Of a DNA stretch of 64,000 nt, positions 13,816-24,598 are shown piece by piece (within the stretch, counting starts at the first letter, position 1; every line of letters begins with the position of its first letter). The DNA comes from a bacterium (lineage in GTDB: Bacteria; Hinthialibacterota; Hinthialibacteria; Hinthialibacterales; Hinthialibacteraceae). Both the position numbers and the translations under genes were made by a program. The DNA is taken from the NCBI GenBank assembly GCA_963662285.2, contig CAXXMV010000001.1, positions 192,001-256,000 on the forward strand. The letters run 5' to 3'. The notes under the pieces are model-generated. The model was not told the DNA's origin. It ran no database searches and worked only from the letters and a program-made list of their open reading frames with translations.

Positions 13816-14946
13816 TTGAGAATTATGGTTCGAAAACAATACCCTTATACTCTTAAACAAGAACGTGGATTTGGCTCCTTGAAACAAGAAGGGCCAAAAG
13901 CGAATTTTAGAATTTTTTATACTCAATCGGATGGAAATACGGGGAAAAAATCGACCAAAACAAGTGTTCCAGAAGAAGCCATTGAAATTTTTGATAGATG
14001 GATAAACGAACAAAAAGCGGGGCGTTATGGAATTCATCAACCTCAATTTCGTCCTGTTATCTTAAAAGAAATCGTCCCTAAATATTTAAGTGAAAAGAAA
14101 GAGCGAGTTAGTGAGAGATACTTTAAGTATGAAGAAAGCACATGGAAAAAAATTATCATGCCCTTCTTTGGTGACGATTCTCTAATAGGAAGCATTTCAG
14201 AAGAATGCATTGAAGAATATCTCCGTACTCGAAAAGAAAAAGGCTTATCGGCTTCAGCAATAAACCATGAGTTGCAATGGATTGACCTATTATTTAAATA
14301 TGCCATCCGAAAAAAGTGGTTACCGGATTATCTAAAACCAACGGTTCGGAAACTACCTTTAAAGAAGACTCTTCCAAATGTACTCAAATCCCCTAAGGAT
14401 TTTATCACTTTACTCGAAGCAGCAAAAAACCAATCAACTCACATGTATTATTTAATTTCATTTGCTCTTTATACGGGAATGCGAGCCGGAGAAATTTTGA
14501 AACTTGATTGGGAAGATATTGATCTAAGTAATGCTTCTCTTATAGTACGCGATCCAAAAAACAAGCACGACCGCATTGTATACTTAACCAAAACACTTTG
14601 TTCTATCTTAGAAGAAACCACTACAGGGAAACGAACAGGCCCTATCATTAAGAATCCACAAACCGGAAATCGTTTACAAGAATATAAAAAAGCATGGAAA
14701 ACTATACGAGAAAAAGCAGGTATCCCAACAACCGGGTCCAATCGAATCCGCTTTCACGATCTGCGTCACTCCTTTGCTACAATTAATCACGCTAACGGAG
14801 TCGATATAAAAATCATCAAAGATCTCATCGGCCACAAGAAAATAGACTCAACGTTAATTTATACACACCTTGTTGATCAGGTTCAAAAAGATGCTATAGA
14901 AAAAATGGATGAGATTATAAGTGACCGGGATCAAAGAAAAACTTAA
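13816..14946 (+). CDS. int: Tyrosine recombinase/integrase
   Basis: Catalytic R (TGMRAGE), K (DPKNK), HxxR (FHDLRHS), H (LIGHK), Y (TLIYTH). Confidence 0.95.
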   Translation: MRIMVRKQYPYTLKQERGFGSLKQEGPKANFRIFYTQSDGNTGKKSTKTSVPEEAIEIFDRWINEQKAGRYGIHQPQFRPVILKEIVPKYLSEKKERVSERYFKYEESTWKKIIMPFFGDDSLIGSISEECIEEYLRTRKEKGLSASAINHELQWIDLLFKYAIRKKWLPDYLKPTVRKLPLKKTLPNVLKSPKDFITLLEAAKNQSTHMYYLISFALYTGMRAGEILKLDWEDIDLSNASLIVRDPKNKHDRIVYLTKTLCSILEETTTGKRTGPIIKNPQTGNRLQEYKKAWKTIREKAGIPTTGSNRIRFHDLRHSFATINHANGVDIKIIKDLIGHKKIDSTLIYTHLVDQVQKDAIEKMDEIISDRDQRKT

Positions 14947-14954
14947 GATGTATT

Positions 14955-15146
14955 TTATTTTTGCGGAATTTCTTGTGAATTTATTACCCAGTTTTCAATA
15001 TCTGATAATTTGAATCGAATATATTTACCACTATTTCCTCCGATTTTGATGAAGGGAATCCGTTTTGCATGCGTTAGTTTATATATATACGATTTAGGGA
15101 CCTGGAGATATTCTGCTACTTGATCAACAGTCATTAAGGTTTCCAT
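14955..15146 (-). CDS. xis: Excisionase-like HTH DNA-binding protein
   Basis: LMTVDQVAEYLQVPKSYIYKL...IPFIKIG...IRF; convergent with the integrase. Confidence 0.85.
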   Translation of the reverse strand: METLMTVDQVAEYLQVPKSYIYKLTHAKRIPFIKIGGNSGKYIRFKLSDIENWVINSQEIPQK

Positions 15147-15229
15147 TTTTATTTCCCAATCCTTTACATCTATTCCGTTTCGCATCAGGATTGGCGAGAA
15201 AACCTCACCAATCCTCATTCGGACCGGAA

Positions 15230-15613
15230 CTAGGATCGATTGGATGGAGTACCGCGTCCTTTAGATTTCGGATTTAACTTCGCAAACATGTAAAGATCGT
15301 CTTTGGACGTTGAACTTATTCCATACAGAGCAAGCAAACTCTCAGGAAGTTCGCTTCCAGGTATTTGGATTAAGGATTGGATCTCCTTCCCAATCTTTTT
15401 GAAGACATCACCGATGGGATTTCTTTCATAGTGGATTTGCCCCTGTTCACTTTGTACTTTTTTCGAAACGCCGACAAAAACCATAGTCTCATCCATTATC
15501 AGATTCCTTTCTTTAAATGAAATTATTTGATGAATACAAACTGAATTCTGATTTTTACTACTGAAAAGGTCTTTAATCTTTTGATTGATTGTTTTTGACT
15601 GTTGCTGAAACAT
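15230..15613 (-). CDS. Hypothetical protein
   Basis: ORF in a co-directional gene run. Confidence 0.45.
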   Translation of the reverse strand: MFQQQSKTINQKIKDLFSSKNQNSVCIHQIISFKERNLIMDETMVFVGVSKKVQSEQGQIHYERNPIGDVFKKIGKEIQSLIQIPGSELPESLLALYGISSTSKDDLYMFAKLNPKSKGRGTPSNRS

Positions 15614-15619
15614 CGCCTT

Positions 15620-16003
15620 CTAATCTTTTTGCATGGTATAGCGAGGATCGTTATGGGAATAAACATTTACAACATTGGCAAAAACACGATCATCGGACTC
15701 TCTGTGTCTGATCTGAATGAAACAATGCGCTCCTATAATACCTTCGAAATCAAGGTTTTTCCCAAGTTCGAAATCTTGATTCGTAAGTTTTAGAGCCCAT
15801 CGAACCAAACGAGAGGAACGATTCATTTCTACTTTACACATCCCATTAACATAAGGATTTTGAAGGTCTTTTTGTAAAATGCGAAAATCGTATTGGGCGT
15901 AATCATTAATGATTGACATTCCAATACATTCTGCTGGATAGACGCCTTCTGGAACAAGTTTGTCTTCTTGCATGATAATGGTTGGGAATTCACTATTTTC
16001 CAT
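15620..16003 (-). CDS. DUF669-like/phage-type OB-fold ssDNA-binding protein
   Basis: VPEGVYPA...IIGAHCFIQIRH...FANVVNV pattern; AGGAG RBS. Confidence 0.55.
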   Translation of the reverse strand: MENSEFPTIIMQEDKLVPEGVYPAECIGMSIINDYAQYDFRILQKDLQNPYVNGMCKVEMNRSSRLVRWALKLTNQDFELGKNLDFEGIIGAHCFIQIRHRESDDRVFANVVNVYSHNDPRYTMQKD

Positions 16004-16030
16004 GATTTTGTCTCCTTAATTTAAATTGTT

Positions 16031-16546
16031 TTACCATTCATTACGGATATGATTTTTAATGTAAGGCGGGAACTCATTCATGACTGGAGATTGCAAAAGT
16101 GTTGGTGATTTAGATCTGGCAAGCCCAATCCATTTATTAAAATCGAATGGACGTTCCAAAAGATAAGATAAAACAATTAAATATGCGTAAGCTTGTTCTC
16201 GTTCGAATTCAGATAATAAATCATGCTGGAGGTTCGATAAAACAGTAATGGATTCCTCATAATTTCCTTGATGATAGGATCGAATCCCTGATTGCATTTT
16301 TAATCTGGATATTTTTAACATGTAAGAATTATTACGAGTGTTGCTATTTGATGGACTGACCGGAACCACGACAGGAAAAGACCTTGATATGGAGGAAATA
16401 GTAGATACTCGGTTCCATGATGATTTTGTTGAACTGGTTCTACATCCACTTGAGAGGATTAACAAAACCAAAAGCGTTCCTGCCATAAGAAAACGAAATC
16501 CCGCCGGAATGGAAATTGCTTTTTTATTGCGTTCCAAGTGATTCAT
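16031..16546 (-). CDS. Lipoprotein with TPR-like helices
   Basis: Lipobox LSSGC; GIRSYHQGNYEESITVL; 4-bp overlap with the upstream gene. Confidence 0.6.
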   Translation of the reverse strand: MNHLERNKKAISIPAGFRFLMAGTLLVLLILSSGCRTSSTKSSWNRVSTISSISRSFPVVVPVSPSNSNTRNNSYMLKISRLKMQSGIRSYHQGNYEESITVLSNLQHDLLSEFEREQAYAYLIVLSYLLERPFDFNKWIGLARSKSPTLLQSPVMNEFPPYIKNHIRNEW

Positions 16547-17403
16547 TTTTTCACCTCAATGATTTGAAATGTTCCTAAAGATAGGTTGACAATGATTCGT
16601 AGATTCTGTTGATCCAAAAGGAGAAAATCACGTTGCATGGGTCTATAGCCTTCTTTTTGAATTGAAAAGTGATGTTTTCCTTCTGATAACGTGAATCTTC
16701 GTGTTGGTACTTCTTGGCTTATTTCTAAAACACCATTAGCGTCTCGAATTGTGAACGAAGCCCAGGGATCACTATGAACCTGCAAAAAGCCAAATCCTTG
16801 TTGATGTGAAGTCCCTTCACTAGGAGTTACAGGAGAGGGAGTTTTGAAGTATTTTTTTTGGGGATTTTGGGAATTATTTTCTTTTTGTGTGTTTGGTTGA
16901 TTTGAATGAGGTAACGAAGCATACAAAAACAAAACCGTTATTCCAAGAAAAGTAGTCAAGGAAATGATATGTAGCAATTTGATTAATTTGAAATTAACAC
17001 TTTTTCTAAATTCCTGAAACCACTTCTTGTAAGAATGAAAATTGAACCTGCGCTTATAATTTTGTATCAGTTCAACGAATTCTTTGAAATCTTTCTTTAA
17101 TTGATTCCAGGAAAAGTTCTTGTCACCTGAATTGCTTTGATAAATTTGATCCCAATTTTTTTTAACAACATCGAGATTTTCCTTAATTTTCGTGTAAGCC
17201 ATTTTCAAGGCATTTATCTCGACTCTTGATGATATTTCATGCAGTTTACGATGAAACGCGCTATCTAAATGCTCTGGAGTCAAAGGCGATGCATCGACAT
17301 CAATGTTCAACGTATCCAAATATTGGCGTAATTGGATGAATTGTTTTTTCATAATCGCCTGCCCATAATACAGGAATGGGTCAGATACGGTGAACGGATT
17401 CAC
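16543..17403 (-). CDS. Membrane protein: degenerate J-domain-like N-terminus, one TM helix, C-terminal PEGA-like domain
   Basis: YLDTLNI...AS...LDSAFHRKL...LKMAYTKI (no HPD); TM IISLTTFLGITVLFLYA; GFLQVHSDPWA...LSEGKHHFSIQKEGY. Confidence 0.55.
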   Translation of the reverse strand: MNPFTVSDPFLYYGQAIMKKQFIQLRQYLDTLNIDVDASPLTPEHLDSAFHRKLHEISSRVEINALKMAYTKIKENLDVVKKNWDQIYQSNSGDKNFSWNQLKKDFKEFVELIQNYKRRFNFHSYKKWFQEFRKSVNFKLIKLLHIISLTTFLGITVLFLYASLPHSNQPNTQKENNSQNPQKKYFKTPSPVTPSEGTSHQQGFGFLQVHSDPWASFTIRDANGVLEISQEVPTRRFTLSEGKHHFSIQKEGYRPMQRDFLLLDQQNLRIIVNLSLGTFQIIEVKK

Positions 17404-17427
17404 CGTATCTCATCCAGGCCGGTATTA

Positions 17428-20400
17428 TCATTGGCGGAAATCAATATTTTCAATTTTATGAGTTAGGATTTCGACTTTGCCAGTAGCAAGATCTTTGACT
17501 TCGACAGTTAAAAGAGCGTCGTTATCAATATTGGCTTGAAGTTCAACCTGCGGAGTAGCGTTTTTTTCGAGAGGTTTCAAGTTAATTGTTGCTTGTAAAA
17601 GGATGGCATCTACATTTTCCTCAATAAATTTAGATTTAGGCTCAGAACTGGTAATGGTTATTTTTACTTGTTGCTGTCCTGGACTTTCCGTTCGATATTG
17701 TCCGATTTGTTTATGAGTAGGAATCGGCGTATTTCGAAGGAGAATTGGATCGTTTAACATATCACCGGAATATATATCTTTAATAACAACGCAAATGTCC
17801 CAGGGAAGTACATTATCAATTTTGGGTTTAGGAAGACACTTTTCTGTTCCTTCCGGTTTGATCGTCTCCTCCTCACGCCACAAGCAAGCCAAAACATTGC
17901 CTAAAGCTACATCATGTTGTGGATAATCACTCATCACAATTTCTGCATGAGGAAACATTTCTGCAATTGAACGAATAAAGAGAGGAATTCGTGATGTTCC
18001 ACCGGTTAAAATTACGGTTGAAATATCCATTGAAGAACATTTTGCATTTTGTACGGTCAAACCAACATCATGAAGAATTTTGTCAACAAGAGATTGGAAT
18101 TTTTCTTCGACCTCACTTAAAGATATATCACAGATTAAAAGATCTTTGCTAGATAAAACCACTTTTGCTTTTTCCATTTCTGTCAATTGATGCTTTGCAT
18201 CTTTAGCCGCATATTTAATTTCCGAATTAAGATGGGGATCTTTGGGTGTTTGACCATTAAATAGTTTTTCGACAATTAATTCACAGATGGCATTATCAAA
18301 GTCGATTCCAGCAATGGAGACAGCATGAGTTGATAGAATTTGAAAATGCTTATTGATGGGATCATGCGATCCAATATCAGACCTCCTGATCTGGTGGAAT
18401 TTCATCCGATACCAGTTTGTAGATTAGTCGCAATTCCGTGCCGGGGTAGATGGTTTCTGTGGCGTTGAGATTCGCTGCTAAGTTGCGGGCGGCTTGATCC
18501 GATAGGTGGTTGGTCAAATGGTGCAACTGCACCGTTAAGGTTTTGTTTTCCTCATCCGGAATGAGATCCGCTTCCGTCGCAAATATTTCCCGGATCAATG
18601 AGCGGGCATCGTCGCTTCGGGCCAATTTTGTTCGCACAATCATCGCCATGGCCGTCTCCGCCCGATAGGCGATCATTTTAATCGCATCGAGAAATTGTTT
18701 GCGCGTCGGAGCGAGTTGCAAAAACCGTTCCGGCTCCGGCAGTTGATTAAGCGGCAAGTGCTTGTCAACCGTTTTACGTTCCTCCTTCATCCCGGCCAGT
18801 TCATGCTCCAACTGCTCGATATCTTCTTTGATTTCCCCCTTTTTTTGTTCAAAGGATAAGATATCTTTCTCCTCCACCTGGGATTCCGTCAGCGCCAAAT
18901 TTCCAAACTCCGCCTTCTTTCTTCCCAATCGTCCCGCTTGTTTTTTTATCCGGCCTTCCAAAGAACGATAGGCGGGATTGACCACTTTCACGGTATCATC
19001 CGGCTTGACGAGATCGTAGTCGATAAGCCGATCAATTCCATAGTGTTGCATCATATAACGGAAAAAGTTTTCCTGTGACCATCGCGAGAACATATGCGCC
19101 GCAATACGGGTGAAATCAGAGGCGTAATCCGTACTGATCACCGAGGTTTGGTGACCGCTTTCTGTGAGTTTCCGGATTTCCCTTACCCACAAAACCCGGC
19201 CCAGGAACACCCCTCGCTCAGCCAATTTCATGCGGGATGAATGGCCGCCGGGCATCTCCACATTGACCTCGGTGAATTCCGCTTCCGGCCAATCTTCTTT
19301 GGGATACTTGTTGTAGGTTTGGCAGGCGATGCGGAGCGTCCGCATCTCCGCGAAGAAGGTTGGGCTGTATCCCTCACGGTCAAAGATCATGACAAACCGA
19401 TGGCAATAAGGATTCGCTTCGAGTTGTTGCGGGCTGGGCTGGTTGGGAACATCCTGCAGCAGTTGCGGCGCGATCTCGCGTTTCAACATATCCAGCAATC
19501 CCGCGGTGAACGGCGTGCTCACCACGAAGAACGGATCGCCCTGCTGATCGTTTACCCAATAGTCGGTCGTGCCCCGCATGCACAAGCGGTCGCGCGCCAC
19601 GTACCGTTTGGGGAGCGGAGTTTGCGAGCCGTGATAGACGCGTACGTGTCCATCGATATACAGAACTCCCGCCGCCTCTGGATTGTTATCCATCCAATGC
19701 CGTGACAAGATGCGGCTCCATTGCGCGACCGATTCGGGCGCCGCCAGGATTTTGATCTTTTCCCGCAAGGTCCGCACTTCGGGGATTCGATCCAATCCCA
19801 GCCATTTGCCCCCTTCTCCCGCCGGAAAATAGCGCAACTGTTCGTTGGTCTTGATCCGGATCAAGGCCATGAAAGCTAACAGCAGGAAAATATGAATGCA
19901 GGAATAATAACCTTTGGGCAGGGAGAACAAGGCTTCTGTTTTGGTCAACAATCCATTGGCCGATAACGCCGGCAGCGCCCAAAGCACGCCGCCATTGCAG
20001 ACGTCCAGCGAGGTCTCGAAACGGGTGGGCGCTTCGCTGAGTTGCCCCGTCGCCGCACAGACCCGCTCCACGACCCGCGTACATCCCATCCCCATGGGAG
20101 CGGCATGATCCGCCGCGCTGCGCTGGCTTTTGTTGCTGCCGTTCAGGTCTTTTTTTTTACCGGTTCGGTCAAGCGGCCTGCGCAGATCGCCTTCGACAAG
20201 GTATTCGATTTTAGATTCATTTGCTTCGCTGCTTCGGAACGGCTCACGCCCTGCGATAAGAGGTCTTGGGTTTTTTGCAACACCTCCGGCGTCAGGACAT
20301 GTTCGCTGCGTCGGCGCTGAGTTTTGAAGAATGCTTCCGGGCCTTCCTCGCGGTATTTCTTGACCCATCGCTTCATACTGATGGCGCTGATGCCAAAGGC

Positions 20401-21330
20401 TCTAACGATGTCAACTTGGCGGCAGACTCCACTGACCGCCAACTGGCTGGTGAACATGCGAAAACTTTTAAGGTCGGTTTCCCCATGACTGAAAACCGGT
20501 AATCCGGCATGAAAGTAGTACACCGATCCATCTTTTTTTTGATAGGAAATCAACTCGGATATGAATCCTTCGCCTGATGCGAATAGAGGTAATAAGGTCT
20601 GCGGCATTTTTTTAACTCCCTCATACTCTGCAGGATTGGCCTTCCCTCCAGTATCCTAACAAAATCCCGCGAGAACCGCAAACCACGGGTGAGCTCAGGA
20701 GGTCTGAATATAATTGTCACTCGTTCCTGCTCCGAGATCGATTACAAGCACGTTTCCTCGATTCTGGAGATCAGCCATGAATGAGAGCATCGCAGCAGTA
20801 GGTTCTTCTTGCATACCTACAATGTTGAATCCTGCCTGATTCATAATCTCATTGAGAGTCCTACGCTCATTGGAATCAAAATTAGCAGGATAAGAAAAAA
20901 AACAAGGAATGTCTTGAATGGATATTTTCAAAAGGTTTTCAATCCGCTTTTTTATTTCTTGAAGAAATAACAGGAGTGTTTCATTGGATGTAAAACATGC
21001 CGATTCGCTTGCAGCGTACGTTATTTCGGTATTTTTCAGCCCATTCTTGCCAATAAGAGAAATAATCCCATTACCTAATAACGCGCTGTTTTCGGCTTCA
21101 ATACCTATCAGGTACGAATCCTTTTCCTCAAAACTAATCAAACTGGGTATCAAAAGGTGCCCATTAAAAGAAAGGATATAGAAATAATGCGTTCCATTTT
21201 TTTCAATTGCGAGAATAACCTTGAGACCGCCGTTGCCGATATCGATCCCAAGCCACATTTTACCAATCCCTGAAAGATCAAGCTCCGGGCTGAAGATAGA
21301 CAGATTATCGCGTTTTTTACTGGTTATCAT
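17428..21330 (-). pseudogene. Divergent Hsp70/DnaK-family protein interrupted by an IS (about 520 aa when rejoined)
   Basis: GIDIG, YPANF, EEPTAA, DLGAGTSD | AGIDFD, LTGGTSRIP and SBD motifs; removing the IS and one TSD copy restores the frame (GTSDNYIGSHDP). Confidence 0.9.
18378..20706 (-). mobile_element. Insertion sequence (unclassified/IS1380-like DDE) with OrfA 20143-20607 and OrfB 18377-20158 joined by a probable -1 frameshift
   Basis: TIRs CAGACCTCCTGA / TCAGGAGGTCTG; TSD AATAT (18373-18377, 20707-20711); A9G run at 20149-20158; YIDGH, FDREG and RWSQENFF motifs. Confidence 0.9.
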
Positions 21331-21886
21331 TGTTTTCCTCCTCTTTTGGGGATTCATCTTTGGCAAGAATTACGAGGGTTGGTTGAAAATAATGATTTCC
21401 AACGGATGCCCCAAACTGATAAATTTCGACAATAGAGCCCTCTGTGTGATTCTTGTCTGATTCAACCGTATCAAATATCTGTTGGTTCGTAGGATCGAAC
21501 GGATTTTTTTCCAATTCAAATGGATCAGGAATGATAATGCCAATCTGATTCAGGGAATGGAGAAGGATGTCGAGCTGTTTTTTTGCTGTCTTGTGCTGAT
21601 TGGAACGCATATCCTTGGTTTTAACAATCTTATAAAGATTCGTTAAGACTAAACAAAGGTTATGAATACCTATTGTTGCTTCCAGAAGCCGGTCAATATC
21701 TTCACGAATTCGAGTGATCGAGTCGGCGTAACTACCCAAATCATTGATTTGCTTGGAAAATCCATTTTCTTTTATTTCCAGAAGCAATACTTTCATCTCT
21801 TTCAAGAGTTGGATCAGTTGATTGTTTTGATTGTCCGGAAATGCTGAATTGAGTAATTGTTCATCTTGGGAATTCTTCTGACTCAT
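21317..21886 (-). CDS. GrpE-like nucleotide exchange factor
   Basis: Long N-terminal helix, then PFDPTNQQIFDTV...GSIVEIYQFGASVG...QPTLVILAK; overlaps the Hsp70 start. Confidence 0.75.
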   Translation of the reverse strand: MSQKNSQDEQLLNSAFPDNQNNQLIQLLKEMKVLLLEIKENGFSKQINDLGSYADSITRIREDIDRLLEATIGIHNLCLVLTNLYKIVKTKDMRSNQHKTAKKQLDILLHSLNQIGIIIPDPFELEKNPFDPTNQQIFDTVESDKNHTEGSIVEIYQFGASVGNHYFQPTLVILAKDESPKEEENNDNQ

Positions 21887-22148
21887 TTTCTTGGTCCTTT
21901 CTTTATTGTTTATTCGAGAACACGCCCTACGAATAAAAGCAAAATATTCCTTCAATCTTCATTGTTTGAATCCACGTTTTACTTTTTTTAAAAAAAATGA
22001 GCAAAACCTGGAAACTAAAAGTAAAAGGTGAAAAGAAAGTAAAAATTGAATTCTCTTATCACTTATAGGAATCGGAGGGTGGTTTTGCTCAAAAAAACTT
22101 TTTGCTTTTCAAAAAGATAATTACTGAAGTAACAGGAATGGGAATGCT

Positions 22149-22613
22149 ATGAACAGATTCAAACGAAACATACTCAAAGAGGTATGCGAGTCTACGGGTA
22201 TTGATGTCGAGAATATATGTGAATCGAAGTTATATCTGGCTATCGTGCAACTATCCAAAGAATTTCGAATGGAAATTATTGTTGGGAGTATAACAGCAGA
22301 AGCCGGTGATTCCGGTGAACTGACTTTGATTATCCAACCCAAATTTCCTTGTGCGACTTGCATGCGGCTCATGGACAAACCTCAGACACAAATTATTGGA
22401 TTAACACAATGCTGCAGAAGAATCTACTGCAAAAGTTGCGTTTCTTCTCATACAACCTGCCGGAAGTGTGGAACAAAAGTATGCGCATACTGTGGTGAAG
22501 ATTTGCGGCCAATACGAAGAGGATTGGTGATTCACAAAGGGAAATGTTTTGATGAAATGATAAATTCTTTGGAAAACGGCGGACATCTGAATTGGATAAC
22601 CTATAAAAAATAG
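22149..22613 (+). CDS. Cys-rich zinc-finger protein
   Basis: CATC, CC, CKSC, CRKC, CAYC and HKGKC motifs. Confidence 0.6.
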   Translation: MNRFKRNILKEVCESTGIDVENICESKLYLAIVQLSKEFRMEIIVGSITAEAGDSGELTLIIQPKFPCATCMRLMDKPQTQIIGLTQCCRRIYCKSCVSSHTTCRKCGTKVCAYCGEDLRPIRRGLVIHKGKCFDEMINSLENGGHLNWITYKK

Positions 22614-22624
22614 AGCGAGTATCA

Positions 22625-24598
22625 ATGATGAAATTTGATACACCTGAATTCCAAAAAGCAATCGAAAAAATTCGTTTTTTACTCTCGACTCCAGCAGCAC
22701 AAAATGATTGCAGATTGCAACGATACTACGCTCAATTTATCAAACGGCAATCAGAAAAAAAACTAAAGAGGATATTAGAGTATATTAAAAAGAAAGGTTA
22801 TGACAATTATAACCCACATGGAATTCGTATCGTCGATAAGAACGATCCAATTTCTAAGGGAGAGATTCCTCTTGGACATGATTCGGATTATAAAAATCCG
22901 GTTTATTTGACGCTGGATGAAATGGTCAGAAGTGCTTTAATCTGCGCTGAACCAGGTGCGGGGAAAACCTCTGAATTAATCCCACTCATAGAATCAAGTA
23001 TACACCATGGAATCAATCCATTAATTTTTGTAAAAAAACTGCATCAATTTGAATATATTGCAGATCCAAATAACGAACCATTTACTGTATTTGGATTGAA
23101 TGAGTTACGGTATTCAATGTTCGAATGTGATGATGAAACGGATTTTACTTTGTGGTGTCAGTTTATTGCCGGTCTTATCGTAAACATTTACAGTTTACAA
23201 AACAGTGCGGGATATTTGCTGAAAGCGGCAAAACTTTTAGCAGCGGATTGGCCTTTGGAGCGGCGGTTACAAGAAGGATTTCCAACCTGTTTTGATTTAT
23301 CTCAAAAACTCACCTCTCTGAAAACACCTTATCACGACAAAAAATATATTCATAGCGCTAACACCATTTTAATGACTATTTCGGAATCAACAGACCTCTT
23401 TCATGCAAGAAATGGAATGTACCAGTCCATCCTCTCACGGCCAACAATTGTCTATTATGAACCGGGAAAAACACAACTGGTTGAATTACTTCTTTCTTTA
23501 ATGGCGTATCGCTTTAAAAATGAGAATCAGAGATTACAACATGATCAGCGAAAATATTGGCTGATTATTTGGGATGATGCACAGGAATTTTTACTGGGCC
23601 GGATCAGTGATCGACTACCACCGATTGTGGAACTTATTTCCATCTTACGTGAGTTTTTGCTTGGATTTATTTTTTCATTTCAAACATTAAAGCAGATTGA
23701 TCCTCAAATTGCCGCGATTCCATGTACACGGATTGTTGGACGATTATCTGATGCTCACGAAGCCTACAACGCGACCAAAATTTTGGGGATTGACGAAACG
23801 TATGCGCCCCATATTTCCATACTGAACGACGGCCAATTTTTGGTGAAATCGCCGAACAGCCAAGGTGTTGTTTTATTTAAGGGTATTTATAAACCAATTC
23901 CGTTCCCTAAAGATCTGCAACAATGGATGTTGGATAATGAGCAAAGGAAAAGCCTGTATCAATGGACGCCATTTGAATTACAACAAGATGAATCTTTTAG
24001 CAAAAATAATGAAGATATATCAGAACTAGAAACCCGAATTTTCTGGCAGATTTTGAATCATCCTTTTGACACGAGAGACGAACACCAAAAATCTCTTAGC
24101 CTTTCTTCTTCAACAATCAATAAAAACACTCAAAAACTTGTTGATCGGCAATATCTGAAAAAACATAAAATTTCTCATTGGGTTGCTTATGAAATTTTGG
24201 AACAAGGATGGATCTTTTCCAATCAAAAACCGACGGTGCATAAAGGCGGTTACCCGCATGAATTCGCTGTAGATAGAATCCAGCGCATGTTGAACGCAAA
24301 TGGATTCACCGTTCAACGAGAACAAACACTGCCCCCAACAAACCACCCCATCGATCTTGTCGCAATAAAAGATGGCATAATCGTGGCTGTTGAAATCGAA
24401 ACGGGGAAATCAAATATTGTTTCAAATATCTTAAACTGCAAAAAAACAACGGCAAACCAAATTGTTATCGTCGGAATTACGGATATTACAACGAGAAAAA
24501 TTTGTAAAGACATTAAAGATAATCCTGAATTGGAGCCTTCAGTCATGACCAATCGTCTCCAAGTAATCAGCCTGTGGAATTTTTTGCATGAAAAATAA
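22625..24598 (+). CDS. HerA/VirD4-like P-loop ATPase fused to wHTH and PD-(D/E)xK-like domain
   Basis: Walker A AEPGAGKT, Walker B IIWDDAQ, LREFLLG...FQ; C-terminal H...IDLV...VEIETGKS. Confidence 0.75.
   Translation: MMKFDTPEFQKAIEKIRFLLSTPAAQNDCRLQRYYAQFIKRQSEKKLKRILEYIKKKGYDNYNPHGIRIVDKNDPISKGEIPLGHDSDYKNPVYLTLDEMVRSALICAEPGAGKTSELIPLIESSIHHGINPLIFVKKLHQFEYIADPNNEPFTVFGLNELRYSMFECDDETDFTLWCQFIAGLIVNIYSLQNSAGYLLKAAKLLAADWPLERRLQEGFPTCFDLSQKLTSLKTPYHDKKYIHSANTILMTISESTDLFHARNGMYQSILSRPTIVYYEPGKTQLVELLLSLMAYRFKNENQRLQHDQRKYWLIIWDDAQEFLLGRISDRLPPIVELISILREFLLGFIFSFQTLKQIDPQIAAIPCTRIVGRLSDAHEAYNATKILGIDETYAPHISILNDGQFLVKSPNSQGVVLFKGIYKPIPFPKDLQQWMLDNEQRKSLYQWTPFELQQDESFSKNNEDISELETRIFWQILNHPFDTRDEHQKSLSLSSSTINKNTQKLVDRQYLKKHKISHWVAYEILEQGWIFSNQKPTVHKGGYPHEFAVDRIQRMLNANGFTVQREQTLPPTNHPIDLVAIKDGIIVAVEIETGKSNIVSNILNCKKTTANQIVIVGITDITTRKICKDIKDNPELEPSVMTNRLQVISLWNFLHEK

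Noticed and set aside
18377-20368. 663-aa transposase starting at 20368
   Set aside because: The N-terminal roughly 70 aa overlap OrfA out of frame; a frameshift fusion at the A9G run explains the layout better.
17428-21886. Housekeeping grpE-dnaK-dnaJ operon
   Set aside because: Strongly diverged motifs, no lid, no HPD or Zn-finger DnaJ, no hrcA seen, and IS disruption is tolerated.
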